A DNA stretch of 50,209 nt from a virus. Lineage: Duplodnaviria > Caudoviricetes. Below are positions 1-7,429 of the stretch, piece by piece. The translations under genes were made by a program, and so were the position numbers. The DNA is taken from positions 1 through 50,209 of the IMG/VR virus record IMGVR_UViG_3300027373_000004; one strand, given 5' to 3'. Positions within the stretch are counted from its first letter, which is position 1, and each line of letters opens with the position of its first letter. Below the pieces are notes generated by a model that had not been told where the DNA came from, made no database searches, and saw nothing but the letters and a program-made list of their open reading frames with translations.

Positions 1-186
1 GACAAAACGGGGAATGATCAGTTGGAGCAAATCGACCGCGATCAGGGCCAAAAAACCGCAGGCCAGGCGCAGCCAGTGGCTCCGAAAAGCGGGTCGCAGC
101 AACCGCAGCAGGGAGGCAAGAGTGGCTCCCTGGCCATTCCCAGAGGAATGCCGGGGATCAGTACCGGCTGGGGGGGAAGCCGTCAT
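1..186 (-). CDS. ABC transporter permease/ATP-binding protein, N-terminal part (runs off the left edge); host gene
   Basis: Not in the ORF track. My translation from ATG at 186-184: MTASPPAG...LLRLLRPAFRSHWLRLACGFLALIAVDLLQLIIPRFV, open to position 1. It resembles the first TM helix of MsbA/MdlA-type exporters. The ATG overlaps TGA at 183-185 (ATGA). Confidence 0.7.
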   Translation of the reverse strand, partial: MTASPPAGTDPRHSSGNGQGATLASLLRLLRPAFRSHWLRLACGFLALIAVDLLQLIIPRFV

Positions 187-189
187 CGC

Positions 190-217
190 ACCGAATAAAG
201 CAGCTCTTCGTAGGCTG
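190..217. repeat. attL core ACCGAATAAAGCAGCTCTTCGTAGGCTG
   Basis: Identical 28-mer at 42152-42179; lies 30 bp from the integrase stop codon. Confidence 0.95.
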
Positions 218-247
218 ATAAAAAATCTTCTATATCCATAATATAGT

Positions 248-1312
248 TCAATCTTTTTTTGATACCCCCTGGTAACTGGTTACCAGGGGGTCTTTCAGGT
301 GGGCCACGGCGGAGCGTCTTCCGGCTGTGCTGGTGTGCTGGTAGACCATGAGGGTCATGTCCGGGCTGGCGTGGCCGAGGATCTCGGATACGCTCTTGAG
401 GTCGGCGCCGGCATCGAGCATGGTGGTGGCAGCCATGTGGCGGAGATCGTACAGGCGCAGGCGGCGCGAGATCCCGGCCAGGGCCTTGGCCCGCTTCCAG
501 CTGTGCATCAGCTGGGCCACCGGCTTGCCCCGGTAATGGATAACCGCGCCCAGGTGGCCGCGCTCCCGGTCCTCGGCCAGCCATTGCCGCAGCAGGGTAT
601 CCAAACCATCGGCAATCGGCACCACCCTCGCCCGCATTCCTCCCTTTTTGGCGCTTTGAACGAAGATGGTGCCGTTGATCAGGTCCACCTGCTCCCACCG
701 CAGCGCCAGCAGCTCGGACGGCCCAGGCCGCATGCCGGTGTAGTAGCCGAGCATGATCGCCCGTTGCAGGTGCGGCAGGGCATGCTGATGGATTGCTGCC
801 AGCTCGGCCTCGGTGGGTGGGGTGATGATGGTTATATCGCGGCGCGGAAACTGATAGTCCACCATTGGGTTGAGCGGGATTTTCTTGCGCCGCACCGCCC
901 AGCGGATGATCGCCCGGACAATGGTCAGCTCCCGATGAATAGTCGATGTTTTAACAGTGGCCGAGCGGTCGACCACATAGCGGTCGAGCCGGTCCGGGGT
1001 GATCCGCTGCCAGGGCAACCGGCCCAGGGCGGGCAGAATGTTGGCCGCCAGCTTGATGATGGTTTGCTCCTTGGTGGATTTGGTCATCGATGCCGACAGG
1101 GCCACCATGTAGCCCTCAGCCAGCTCCTCGAACAGCACGCCGCCGCTCTCGCTCCCCTGCCCCATCCCCAGCTCGATGTTGCGCCTGGCCGCCGCTTCCT
1201 GCGCCGCCTCGCCCCGCCCAAAGTATTCCCTGGTCCGCTCCGGATCGCCCCGGTTGACCCCCTTGGCGTACTTAACGATCCAGCGGCCGTCTTTGAGCTG
1301 GTGGACGCTCAT
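248..1312 (-). CDS. int: Tyrosine recombinase / phage integrase
   Basis: 354 aa with catalytic motifs TGMR, YDLRH, LGH and the downstream Tyr (MVYQH); adjacent to attL. Confidence 0.95.
   Translation of the reverse strand: MSVHQLKDGRWIVKYAKGVNRGDPERTREYFGRGEAAQEAAARRNIELGMGQGSESGGVLFEELAEGYMVALSASMTKSTKEQTIIKLAANILPALGRLPWQRITPDRLDRYVVDRSATVKTSTIHRELTIVRAIIRWAVRRKKIPLNPMVDYQFPRRDITIITPPTEAELAAIHQHALPHLQRAIMLGYYTGMRPGPSELLALRWEQVDLINGTIFVQSAKKGGMRARVVPIADGLDTLLRQWLAEDRERGHLGAVIHYRGKPVAQLMHSWKRAKALAGISRRLRLYDLRHMAATTMLDAGADLKSVSEILGHASPDMTLMVYQHTSTAGRRSAVAHLKDPLVTSYQGVSKKD
264..291. repeat. 13-bp perfect inverted repeat containing TGGTAAC (putative arm-type site)
   Basis: ACCCCCTGGTAAC-TG-GTTACCAGGGGGT; TGGTAAC recurs twice at 42085-42101. 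Confidence 0.6.
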
Positions 1313-1315
1313 GGT

Positions 1316-1699
1316 TCAAAAACTCTGCATGATCCCCGGCTGTTTTCCTTCCGGGGTGTCGTTGAGCGAGCCGTTGTTTGCTGCACTCTTTAAACGATAA
1401 AGGGTGTGTCCTTGCCACCTTTCTCCGGTTCCGGTGCCGTTGGGCCGCTGATGGATGCGGACAATGGTGTCTTTGTTGAGGTCGCAGCCAAAGACCACGG
1501 TGTCGAGGTTGGTGCTGTATGTGATTTGATAGCCGCCGTGGCCTGGGTTGCTTTCTATCAGCTTGATAATTGCCTGGGCCTGGCTCATTGACCCGAAACC
1601 TTCCGACTTGTTGCCCAGGTCAATGCTTATCTGGGCCTTGGCAGTCACACTCAACAGTAAAATGGTGATGATCAGTAGTAGTTTTTTTATGGTTTCCAT
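1316..1699 (-). CDS. Secreted/periplasmic hypothetical protein (127 aa)
   Basis: Start at METIKKLLLIITILLLSVTAKA, a Sec signal peptide ending in AxA, with GGAAGG RBS; ends 3 nt before the int start. Confidence 0.75.
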   Translation of the reverse strand: METIKKLLLIITILLLSVTAKAQISIDLGNKSEGFGSMSQAQAIIKLIESNPGHGGYQITYSTNLDTVVFGCDLNKDTIVRIHQRPNGTGTGERWQGHTLYRLKSAANNGSLNDTPEGKQPGIMQSF

Positions 1700-1793
1700 G
1701 CCCTTCCTGCGGATGCATCCATAATGTATCTGGTTGTACCACTCCCACCCCGATATTCGATACATGGTTTGCTGACTTTGACGCTCATGGCCT

Positions 1794-1973
1794 TTATTTC
1801 GTCGGCATGTTGGTGGTTCCTCGCATCACCAAATCCAAAATAACCAGGATAGTAACCAAGATGCTTACGCCCGAAAATATTTTGACGGTCCTGCTTACAT
1901 CTTCCTGGCCAGAGAGATGTAACAGCCTGGTAATGATGTAGCAGCCGACCATGGCCCCTATTTCTGGGATCAT
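1794..1973 (-). CDS. Small two-TM membrane protein (59 aa)
   Basis: Below the ORF track cutoff. MIPEIGAMVGCYIITRLLHLSGQEDVSRTVKIFSGVSILVTILVILDLVMRGTTNMPTK, with AGGGG RBS. Confidence 0.65.
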   Translation of the reverse strand: MIPEIGAMVGCYIITRLLHLSGQEDVSRTVKIFSGVSILVTILVILDLVMRGTTNMPTK

Positions 1974-2013
1974 TTTTTACCCCTATGAATTTATTATCCT
2001 CACGGCGCAAACT

Positions 2014-2709
2014 TTAAATTTTGAACGCCGCCCTCGCCCAGTGGTTTTCTGATATTATATGGATGTTCTTTTGCCCGCCGCTCTTTAAAAAAACAGCCTC
2101 CTCGATTTTTCGACCGTGAGTCGAGTGCGCCCAGGCATTGGTGCACAGAGTACCAACAACCAGGTAGTCGACTCGCCAGTTGATTCTGGATTCAATAGTT
2201 CCTCCAAGTTCCCGGACAACCTTTTCGCAAACCTTCCTCGGGCCGAATGCAAACTGACCGGTAAAGCAAAAACCCTTGCCGGTAAAAATCACCCCTGGTG
2301 CTGGTTGGCAAAAAGGGAGATCGGTCGAATAACCCTCCTGTGATGTTTCCCGTGTTTCTCCGTGGAGTGTGCCAAGCAGGTACAAAAGCTCTTTCCGCTC
2401 GTCTTCATCGAGCACCCCATCGGAAAACATCTCTCTGATGCGGGAAAAAAGAACCTTTGATACGACATTTGTCTCTTGGTTGATGTTTTTTTTGAGCCAT
2501 TTAAAAATTGTTTCCGCCTCTTCTGTTGTCACCACACCATCTTCCAGGGCTTTTTTTGATAGGGCTATTAACTCATCGTTGATGCAATCGGTTTCAATCC
2601 CCATCCGGACAATCATCTCAATTTGGCCATCGGAAAGATTGTTGACGATGTCATTTTTAGGCCATCCTCTTACAATCTTCACGCCTTGTGGTGTTATCTG
2701 CAAAGCCAT
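2014..2709 (-). CDS. BRCT-domain protein
   Basis: C-terminal BRCT signature FCFTGQF...GG...VDYLVVG...GRKIEEA...IISENHW; N-terminal DGV-containing helical repeats. Confidence 0.85.
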   Translation of the reverse strand: MALQITPQGVKIVRGWPKNDIVNNLSDGQIEMIVRMGIETDCINDELIALSKKALEDGVVTTEEAETIFKWLKKNINQETNVVSKVLFSRIREMFSDGVLDEDERKELLYLLGTLHGETRETSQEGYSTDLPFCQPAPGVIFTGKGFCFTGQFAFGPRKVCEKVVRELGGTIESRINWRVDYLVVGTLCTNAWAHSTHGRKIEEAVFLKSGGQKNIHIISENHWARAAFKI

Positions 2710-2739
2710 TTTATGCCCCTTTTAGGTGATCTTACCTAT

Positions 2740-3261
2740 TTACTTTTCGTGTCCGTTTGCCGAAAATTGGTTAGTTGGTGTATCCAAATGATCGGACACC
2801 GCCCGTTTTTTTTCCAAGAATTCTGAAAATGTCGGGTATTGCCGTGCCAGGTCGAAAATGAAAGGAAGGATCTGGTCAGGATCATTTCCAAAGTAGTCAT
2901 CCATCCACTCTATAAGCATCCGCAGGCTGTTGTCTTTTTGGGTAATTTGCTTTCCGGCCTCTAGCAGCCGCCGTTTTTTTCCCTTGTTTCCAGGCTCAAT
3001 AGTGGCAAGCACTTTTTTGGAGACTGCCTCCGTTTTTGATTCCGCTTCTATTTCCCCTTTTCCATATTTTAACCACTCAAAACTACACCCAAGAACTTCA
3101 GATAATTTTCTTAAGCTGTCGTCATTAGGGTCGATCTTCTTTTTTTTCCATCTCGATATTGTTCCGTTGTCGATACCAGTGGCAGCGGACAATTCTTTTT
3201 GGGTCCGCAGTCTTTTTAAATACATAGCCTCCCGTAATCGTTCAAAAAATAAATTATCCAT
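2740..3261 (-). CDS. XRE-family HTH repressor (CI-like, no S24 peptidase domain)
   Basis: TQKELSAATGIDNGTISRW...LSEVLGCSFEWLKYGKG; divergent from cro. Confidence 0.88.
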   Translation of the reverse strand: MDNLFFERLREAMYLKRLRTQKELSAATGIDNGTISRWKKKKIDPNDDSLRKLSEVLGCSFEWLKYGKGEIEAESKTEAVSKKVLATIEPGNKGKKRRLLEAGKQITQKDNSLRMLIEWMDDYFGNDPDQILPFIFDLARQYPTFSEFLEKKRAVSDHLDTPTNQFSANGHEK

Positions 3262-3316
3262 GTTGATGCCTATTTTATTTGTTGCGTCCTGCCTATTTTA
3301 TTTGTATTAATTAGGC
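3262..3316. promoter_or_regulatory. Divergent cI/cro switch with a duplicated 16-bp operator-like site
   Basis: TGCCTATTTTATTTGT at 3267-3282 and 3290-3305; AT-rich 55-bp spacer. Confidence 0.75.
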
Positions 3317-3526
3317 ATGGAACCAAAAGAGATAACAAAGGCGCTTAAAAAAGTAGGCGGAGTCAAGTTCATCGCAAGAGAGCTTGATGTTAAGCCTCCA
3401 ACAGTCAGTCAGGTGATACACCGAGTCCGCGTAACCGAGAGGATTCGGAAAGCCATCGCCAAGGCCATAGAGTTGCCGGTTGAAAAAGTTTTTCCCGAAA
3501 ACCAAGAAACCAAAGAGGCAGCATGA
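3317..3526 (+). CDS. Cro/Ner-like HTH protein
   Basis: 69 aa, IARELDVKPPTVSQVIH...IAKAIELPVEKVFP. Confidence 0.85.
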   Translation: MEPKEITKALKKVGGVKFIARELDVKPPTVSQVIHRVRVTERIRKAIAKAIELPVEKVFPENQETKEAA

Positions 3527-3696
3527 ACGTAATCGGCAAGACGTATCGGTACAGGACCATCTACCAGAACGAATTTAAGGAGTCGAAAATCGTTTCCGAG
3601 CGCATCATTGAGGCGTGGGGGAAAAAAGCGCATGTCATTGTGCTTGAAAACGGAGACGAAATTAATGACCCGCAGCCTCATGGTTTGCGCGACTGA
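3523..3696 (+). CDS. Small hypothetical protein
   Basis: ATGA overlap with the cro stop; MNVIGKTYRYRTIYQNEFKESKIVSERIIEAWGKKAHVIVLENGDEIND... Confidence 0.5.
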   Translation: MNVIGKTYRYRTIYQNEFKESKIVSERIIEAWGKKAHVIVLENGDEINDPQPHGLRD

Positions 3697-3938
3697 TCGA
3701 TGGTTTCCGTAAGGTCTCTTATGGCGGCGGCGATATCGCCCATTGATTCAGCGACGCTGCTTATCGATGCAGCAATTGCCCGGCCGGAGTCATTGACCGA
3801 GAAGGAGAGGTCCTCGATAGCGCCCTTGCCGTTCTCGGTTATGGAGGCGCCACCGAAACTCAAGAGCCGTAGCTCACGCGCCAGAGCGTAGATAGCGTCT
3901 GCCATCCCGTCTTGTTCGTGTTGTTGGTCGTTTTGCAT
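3678..3938 (-). CDS. Hypothetical helical protein (86 aa), antisense to the early operon
   Basis: GGAG RBS 7 nt before ATG at 3938 (MQNDQQHEQDGMADAIYALAREL...). Confidence 0.55.
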   Translation of the reverse strand: MQNDQQHEQDGMADAIYALARELRLLSFGGASITENGKGAIEDLSFSVNDSGRAIAASISSVAESMGDIAAAIRDLTETIDQSRKP

Positions 3939-3952
3939 TGTGTTCTCCGTGC

Positions 3953-4038
3953 AAAAAAAACAAAAAAAGTCCCGCACCCTGAGCAGACCTCGGGCGTTGA
4001 TGCTGGCAGGCATACGACGAGTCTATCAGGGTCCGGGC
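3953..4038 (-). terminator. Long hairpin followed by U-tracts on the minus strand (terminator/attenuator-like)
   Basis: GTCCCGCACCCTGA (3969) pairs with TCAGGGTCCGGGC (4026-4038), with nested inner stems; A8-C-A7 immediately to the left. Confidence 0.55.
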
Positions 4039-4099
4039 AATTTTGGCAAATAAAATCCTTTTCCATGATGCCATCATATCACCCTAAACGGTCAAATCC

Positions 4100-4555
4100 A
4101 TGACACAACAACAGCCCAAAATGCAGCCGTGGCAAGTGTTTCACGGGGCCAGAAAAGCAATGGGAGCGGCGACGGTGGCCCGCATCTTCAACCGGTCGAT
4201 CCGGTCGGCGCACGACTGGGCCCAGGACCCAACCTGCACAGAGGTGCGCTGCAAGAGCCCCCTGGAGTTGCTCCATGCCCTCTTTGAGCGCATGGATGCC
4301 GTTGGTTATGGCTATGCCGCCAGGGCTGCGATCCGGTATCTGGAGACAGCCCTCGATCATGAGGTGGTGGTTGATGCCATCCCGACAGTCAAGGCCACTA
4401 TGGAGCAAGAGGTTTTGGCCGACTATGCCGCAGTGGCTGCGCTGCAACGGGCCATTGAGGCCGAGGAGGCAATCGACACGGTGCATGAGCTCAAACATGC
4501 GGCAATGGATGAGATCGACCGCACCTTTGCCAAGTATAGCCAGCGCTATCTATAG
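4100..4555 (+). CDS. Phage regulatory CII-family-like protein
   Basis: 151 aa: N-terminal HTH, W-x-x-x-P...SPLE motif and helical C-terminus; located downstream of cro. Confidence 0.6.
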   Translation: MTQQQPKMQPWQVFHGARKAMGAATVARIFNRSIRSAHDWAQDPTCTEVRCKSPLELLHALFERMDAVGYGYAARAAIRYLETALDHEVVVDAIPTVKATMEQEVLADYAAVAALQRAIEAEEAIDTVHELKHAAMDEIDRTFAKYSQRYL

Positions 4556-4560
4556 TCGCC

Positions 4561-4740
4561 GTGGGCCTGCGCACCGTCACCCAGGGGCAGATCGTGGCCG
4601 CCATGCTGCGGCTCATCGCCGGTCAGCTGGTCAAGCTGGCCTCGACCCTGGAAGAGGAGCAGGCTGTCGGCAAGCAGAAGCCCACCAAGCGCCGCACCCC
4701 CGCAGAATACAAAGAGCATCTCAGGAGACTGACCCAATGA
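4561..4740 (+). CDS. Small basic hypothetical protein (59 aa)
   Basis: GTG start; fills the gap and ends in an ATGA overlap with the next gene. Confidence 0.4.
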   Translation: MGLRTVTQGQIVAAMLRLIAGQLVKLASTLEEEQAVGKQKPTKRRTPAEYKEHLRRLTQ

Positions 4741-4985
4741 ACAGGCACCGCCACGGCCTTACTGATCGTGAGATTGAGAGCATGCTGATCGAATCGTTTA
4801 TCCCGGTCCTGTTCGTACTGATGCTGGTTGTAACCACCCTCCTCACCCTCGCCGGGATCGCGTGCGCCCCTGCTGCGCGTCCGGTCCTCGCCTCCACCTC
4901 CAACCCAATCTCCTTACACAGCCAAACAGCGGCCGCCAGCGAGCAAGCGGGGGAGCTGGCCGCTTATTACCGGGAGGTGTTCTGA
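4737..4985 (+). CDS. Small membrane protein
   Basis: MNRHRHG...FIPVLFVLMLVVTTLLTLAGIA; AGGAG RBS; 3' part of ORF 4275..4985. Confidence 0.55.
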   Translation: MNRHRHGLTDREIESMLIESFIPVLFVLMLVVTTLLTLAGIACAPAARPVLASTSNPISLHSQTAAASEQAGELAAYYREVF

Positions 4986-5116
4986 TGATCTCGCTTGTTT
5001 CCTGGTATGTGAGCTATGGGGGTTGGGTTTTTGCCCTTTACAATGCGCCCCCCGCACCCCCGTTAGAAGCCGTGCCGGCCAAACACAATAGGGCTTGTGG
5101 GCCGCAGAAAAGGATC

Positions 5117-5165
5117 GGGTCCTTCTGGGGGGCCAAGCAATCACGGGTACATCGGACCTCGGTAA
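5117..5165 (+). other. Putative lambda-like cos site (cosQ + cosN)
   Basis: GGGTCCT (5117-5123), 17 bp, then TCACG-GGTACATCGGACCT-CG; compare lambda GGGTCCT...TTACG-GGGCGGCGACCT-CG. Confidence 0.65.
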
Positions 5166-5261
5166 ACGCGCGCGGAGAATTTTTTAGTTTCGCCGGAAAA
5201 ACGGAATAGATGGTAATATCGGGTGGTTATGTCTATGGCAACAGGTGGGGAGGCTGAGGTA

Positions 5262-5540
5262 ATGACTAAGATGTCGGTAAAATGTCCTAGGTGCCAGGCG
5301 AAACTGGCGCATAAGGACGGTGTAACTACCAAAGGTAAGCAGCGGTACCGGTGCAGAATATGCGGGAAATCATACATTGCGGTCCGTGCCGGCATCAACC
5401 CGCTGGTTGCCGAGATCGCCGCGGCGCTGCTGATCGAAGGTATCCCGGTACCGACCATCACCAAGGTAATGAGTCCTCACTGCAGCCGCCGATGGATTTA
5501 CAACCTCAAAGCATCGCTTGTGATCAATGCGACCAGGTGA
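5262..5540 (+). CDS. InsA-like zinc-ribbon + HTH protein
   Basis: CPRC...KDG...GKQRYRCRICGKSY followed by an HTH-like segment; GAGG RBS. Confidence 0.75.
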   Translation: MTKMSVKCPRCQAKLAHKDGVTTKGKQRYRCRICGKSYIAVRAGINPLVAEIAAALLIEGIPVPTITKVMSPHCSRRWIYNLKASLVINATR

Positions 5541-7143
5541 CGAGCAGATTGCTGAGATGCAAGAGCAGCTCGAGGCCATGCGTCAGGCCGAGAACATGCT
5601 TTTCTCTGATGATCAGCTTCAATCCAGCGCGATCGATACCGCCTTTATCCGCTCATGCCTCTACAACAACGAGCGCGGTGATGGCATCCTCTTCGCCAAG
5701 GTCCACCAAGGTAAGTTCGTCATGGTTAAGAACTGGGGGAAAAGCGGCACCTGGCTGCAATGGACCGGCCACCATTGGAAAATCGACAAAAAAGACGAGG
5801 CCCACAACGCGGTCGAGGCCGTGGCCCAGCTCTACCTGGGCGAATCTATCAAGATCAAAAAAGTCTGTGAAGACCCGAAAACCGACAAAGAAGAGCGCAA
5901 AAAGCTCGACCGCGAGCGCAATCTCTACCTTAAAAGGGTCAACAAACTCCGTTCCGTGGCCGGCGCCCGCAACTGCCTGGAGTGGGCCACCCGCATCGGG
6001 CCGCTATCCCTGGCCATCATCGGTGACGACATCGATCTCCACCCTTGGCTACTGCCATGCAGTAACGGGGTGATAGATCTCCGCACCGCCAAGTTCTCAC
6101 CTGGCCGCCCCAGCGATTACCTCTTGCGCGCCATCCCGGTGGAGTGGCAAGGAATCGACCATCCCTGCCCGACCTACGACCGTTTTTTCGATGAGATCCA
6201 CCTTGCCGACCAGGAGCTGATCGACTACCTCGATCGTCTCTTCGGTTACACCCTCACCGGCCTGACCACCAACCATTTCATCGGCGTTTTTCTCGGCGAG
6301 GGCCGCAACGGCAAGGGCACCCTGTTTGAGACCCTGCGCTACATCATGGGCGACCTCGCCTGGAATATCTCCCCCGAGTTGCTGATCGAACAGAAAAACA
6401 TCCGCAGCAGCGCCGGTCCCTCTCCTGACCTTATCAGCCTCCAGGGCCGCCGCATGGTGATAGCCTCGGAGTGCGACGACAACCGCCGCATCTCCGGCCA
6501 ACAGGTCAAGCGGCTCACCGGCGGCGATACCATCAACGCCCGGGCGCCGCACGATCGCGACGAGACCAACTTCGACGCCACCTGGAAGATCTTTTTTTAC
6601 TCCAACTACATCCCCAAGGGCATGGCCTCGGGTTTCGCGCTGGCCGATCGCCTGGTCTACGTCCAGTATCCGCTCAAGTTTGTCGAAAATCCGGACCCGG
6701 ATGATCCCACCCAGCGCCCACGAGATCCCGAGTTGCCGGCCAAGCTCAAGAGCGAGGCCGCAGGCATCCTAGCTCGCCTGGTGCGCGGATGCATCGCCTT
6801 CCAGGAGATGGGAGGCCTCCACCCTCCGGAGACCATCAAGGCCGCGGTGTCGCAGCTCCAGAAATCGGAGGACACTTTCCGCCAGTTCTTCGAGGAGATG
6901 GTCGAGCCGGTCCTGGATCCGCGCGACCCCAAGCAGCTGGACCAGGAGGCAAGGGTCGCCTTCAAGGATTTGTACGGCGCCTTTTCCACCTGGTACCACG
7001 ACGAGGTCAGCGAGGTGGACAAGTACCGGCCCACCAAGAAAGCGGTCTCGGCCTGGCTCGAGAAGCACGGCTACGAGCGCCGCAAACCTTCAGGCGTTGC
7101 CACAGTTTACGGGATTAAACTCCTGATTGGCGGTGATTTATGA
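5527..7143 (+). CDS. P4-family/D5-like SF3 helicase (phage/plasmid primase-helicase C-terminal type)
   Basis: NGVIDLRT, Walker A GEGRNGKGT, Walker B ASE, KRLTGGDTINAR. Confidence 0.92.
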   Translation: MRPGDEQIAEMQEQLEAMRQAENMLFSDDQLQSSAIDTAFIRSCLYNNERGDGILFAKVHQGKFVMVKNWGKSGTWLQWTGHHWKIDKKDEAHNAVEAVAQLYLGESIKIKKVCEDPKTDKEERKKLDRERNLYLKRVNKLRSVAGARNCLEWATRIGPLSLAIIGDDIDLHPWLLPCSNGVIDLRTAKFSPGRPSDYLLRAIPVEWQGIDHPCPTYDRFFDEIHLADQELIDYLDRLFGYTLTGLTTNHFIGVFLGEGRNGKGTLFETLRYIMGDLAWNISPELLIEQKNIRSSAGPSPDLISLQGRRMVIASECDDNRRISGQQVKRLTGGDTINARAPHDRDETNFDATWKIFFYSNYIPKGMASGFALADRLVYVQYPLKFVENPDPDDPTQRPRDPELPAKLKSEAAGILARLVRGCIAFQEMGGLHPPETIKAAVSQLQKSEDTFRQFFEEMVEPVLDPRDPKQLDQEARVAFKDLYGAFSTWYHDEVSEVDKYRPTKKAVSAWLEKHGYERRKPSGVATVYGIKLLIGGDL

Positions 7144-7204
7144 TGACCTTTCGGAATTCTTTTGGACGGCTTTCCACGGGGGCGGACCATGATGAGAGTA
7201 AAGG

Positions 7205-7420
7205 CCAAAAAATCGTCATAAATCGTCATCATCGTTTGATATCGGATAGTTATAACCGATATGACGATTATTCCGCGCACACGTGTGTATTTTTACTACT
7301 CCTTTATTCTCTTTTCTCGCATGTATTTTATAAGATAATCGTAATATCTAATATAAGTATATGTAATTATTCAATGATGACGATTTATGACGATTCATGC
7401 CCCCTAAAATCGTCATGGAG
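7205..7420. other. Putative replication origin with 9-bp iterons (AATCGTCAT/ATGACGATT) around an AT-rich core
   Basis: Copies at 7211, 7221, 7408 (+) and 7261, 7377, 7387 (-), plus a one-mismatch copy at 7337. Confidence 0.75.
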
Positions 7421-7429
7421 ATTGTAACC

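Noticed and set aside
190-217. tRNA or tmRNA as the integration target
   Set aside because: The core lies in protein-coding sequence; no tRNA-like structure was seen at either end
183-698. 171-aa minus-strand ORF ending AYEELLYSVR
   Set aside because: It is an alternative frame of int running into the displaced 3' end of the J-domain gene; only the last ~10 codons are meaningful
299-1393. Long antisense ORFs (also 12701..13903, 17834..18850, 22040..22927, 42223..43173)
   Set aside because: Shadow frames of well-supported genes in GC-rich DNA, with no motifs
4862-5209. 115-aa ORF over the cos-like region
   Set aside because: No recognisable features; the interval is better explained as the packaging site, although a short ORF from 4985 cannot be excluded
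7140-7427. 95-aa ORF between helicase and primase
   Set aside because: Its sequence is dictated by iterons and the AT-rich tract; treated as the origin
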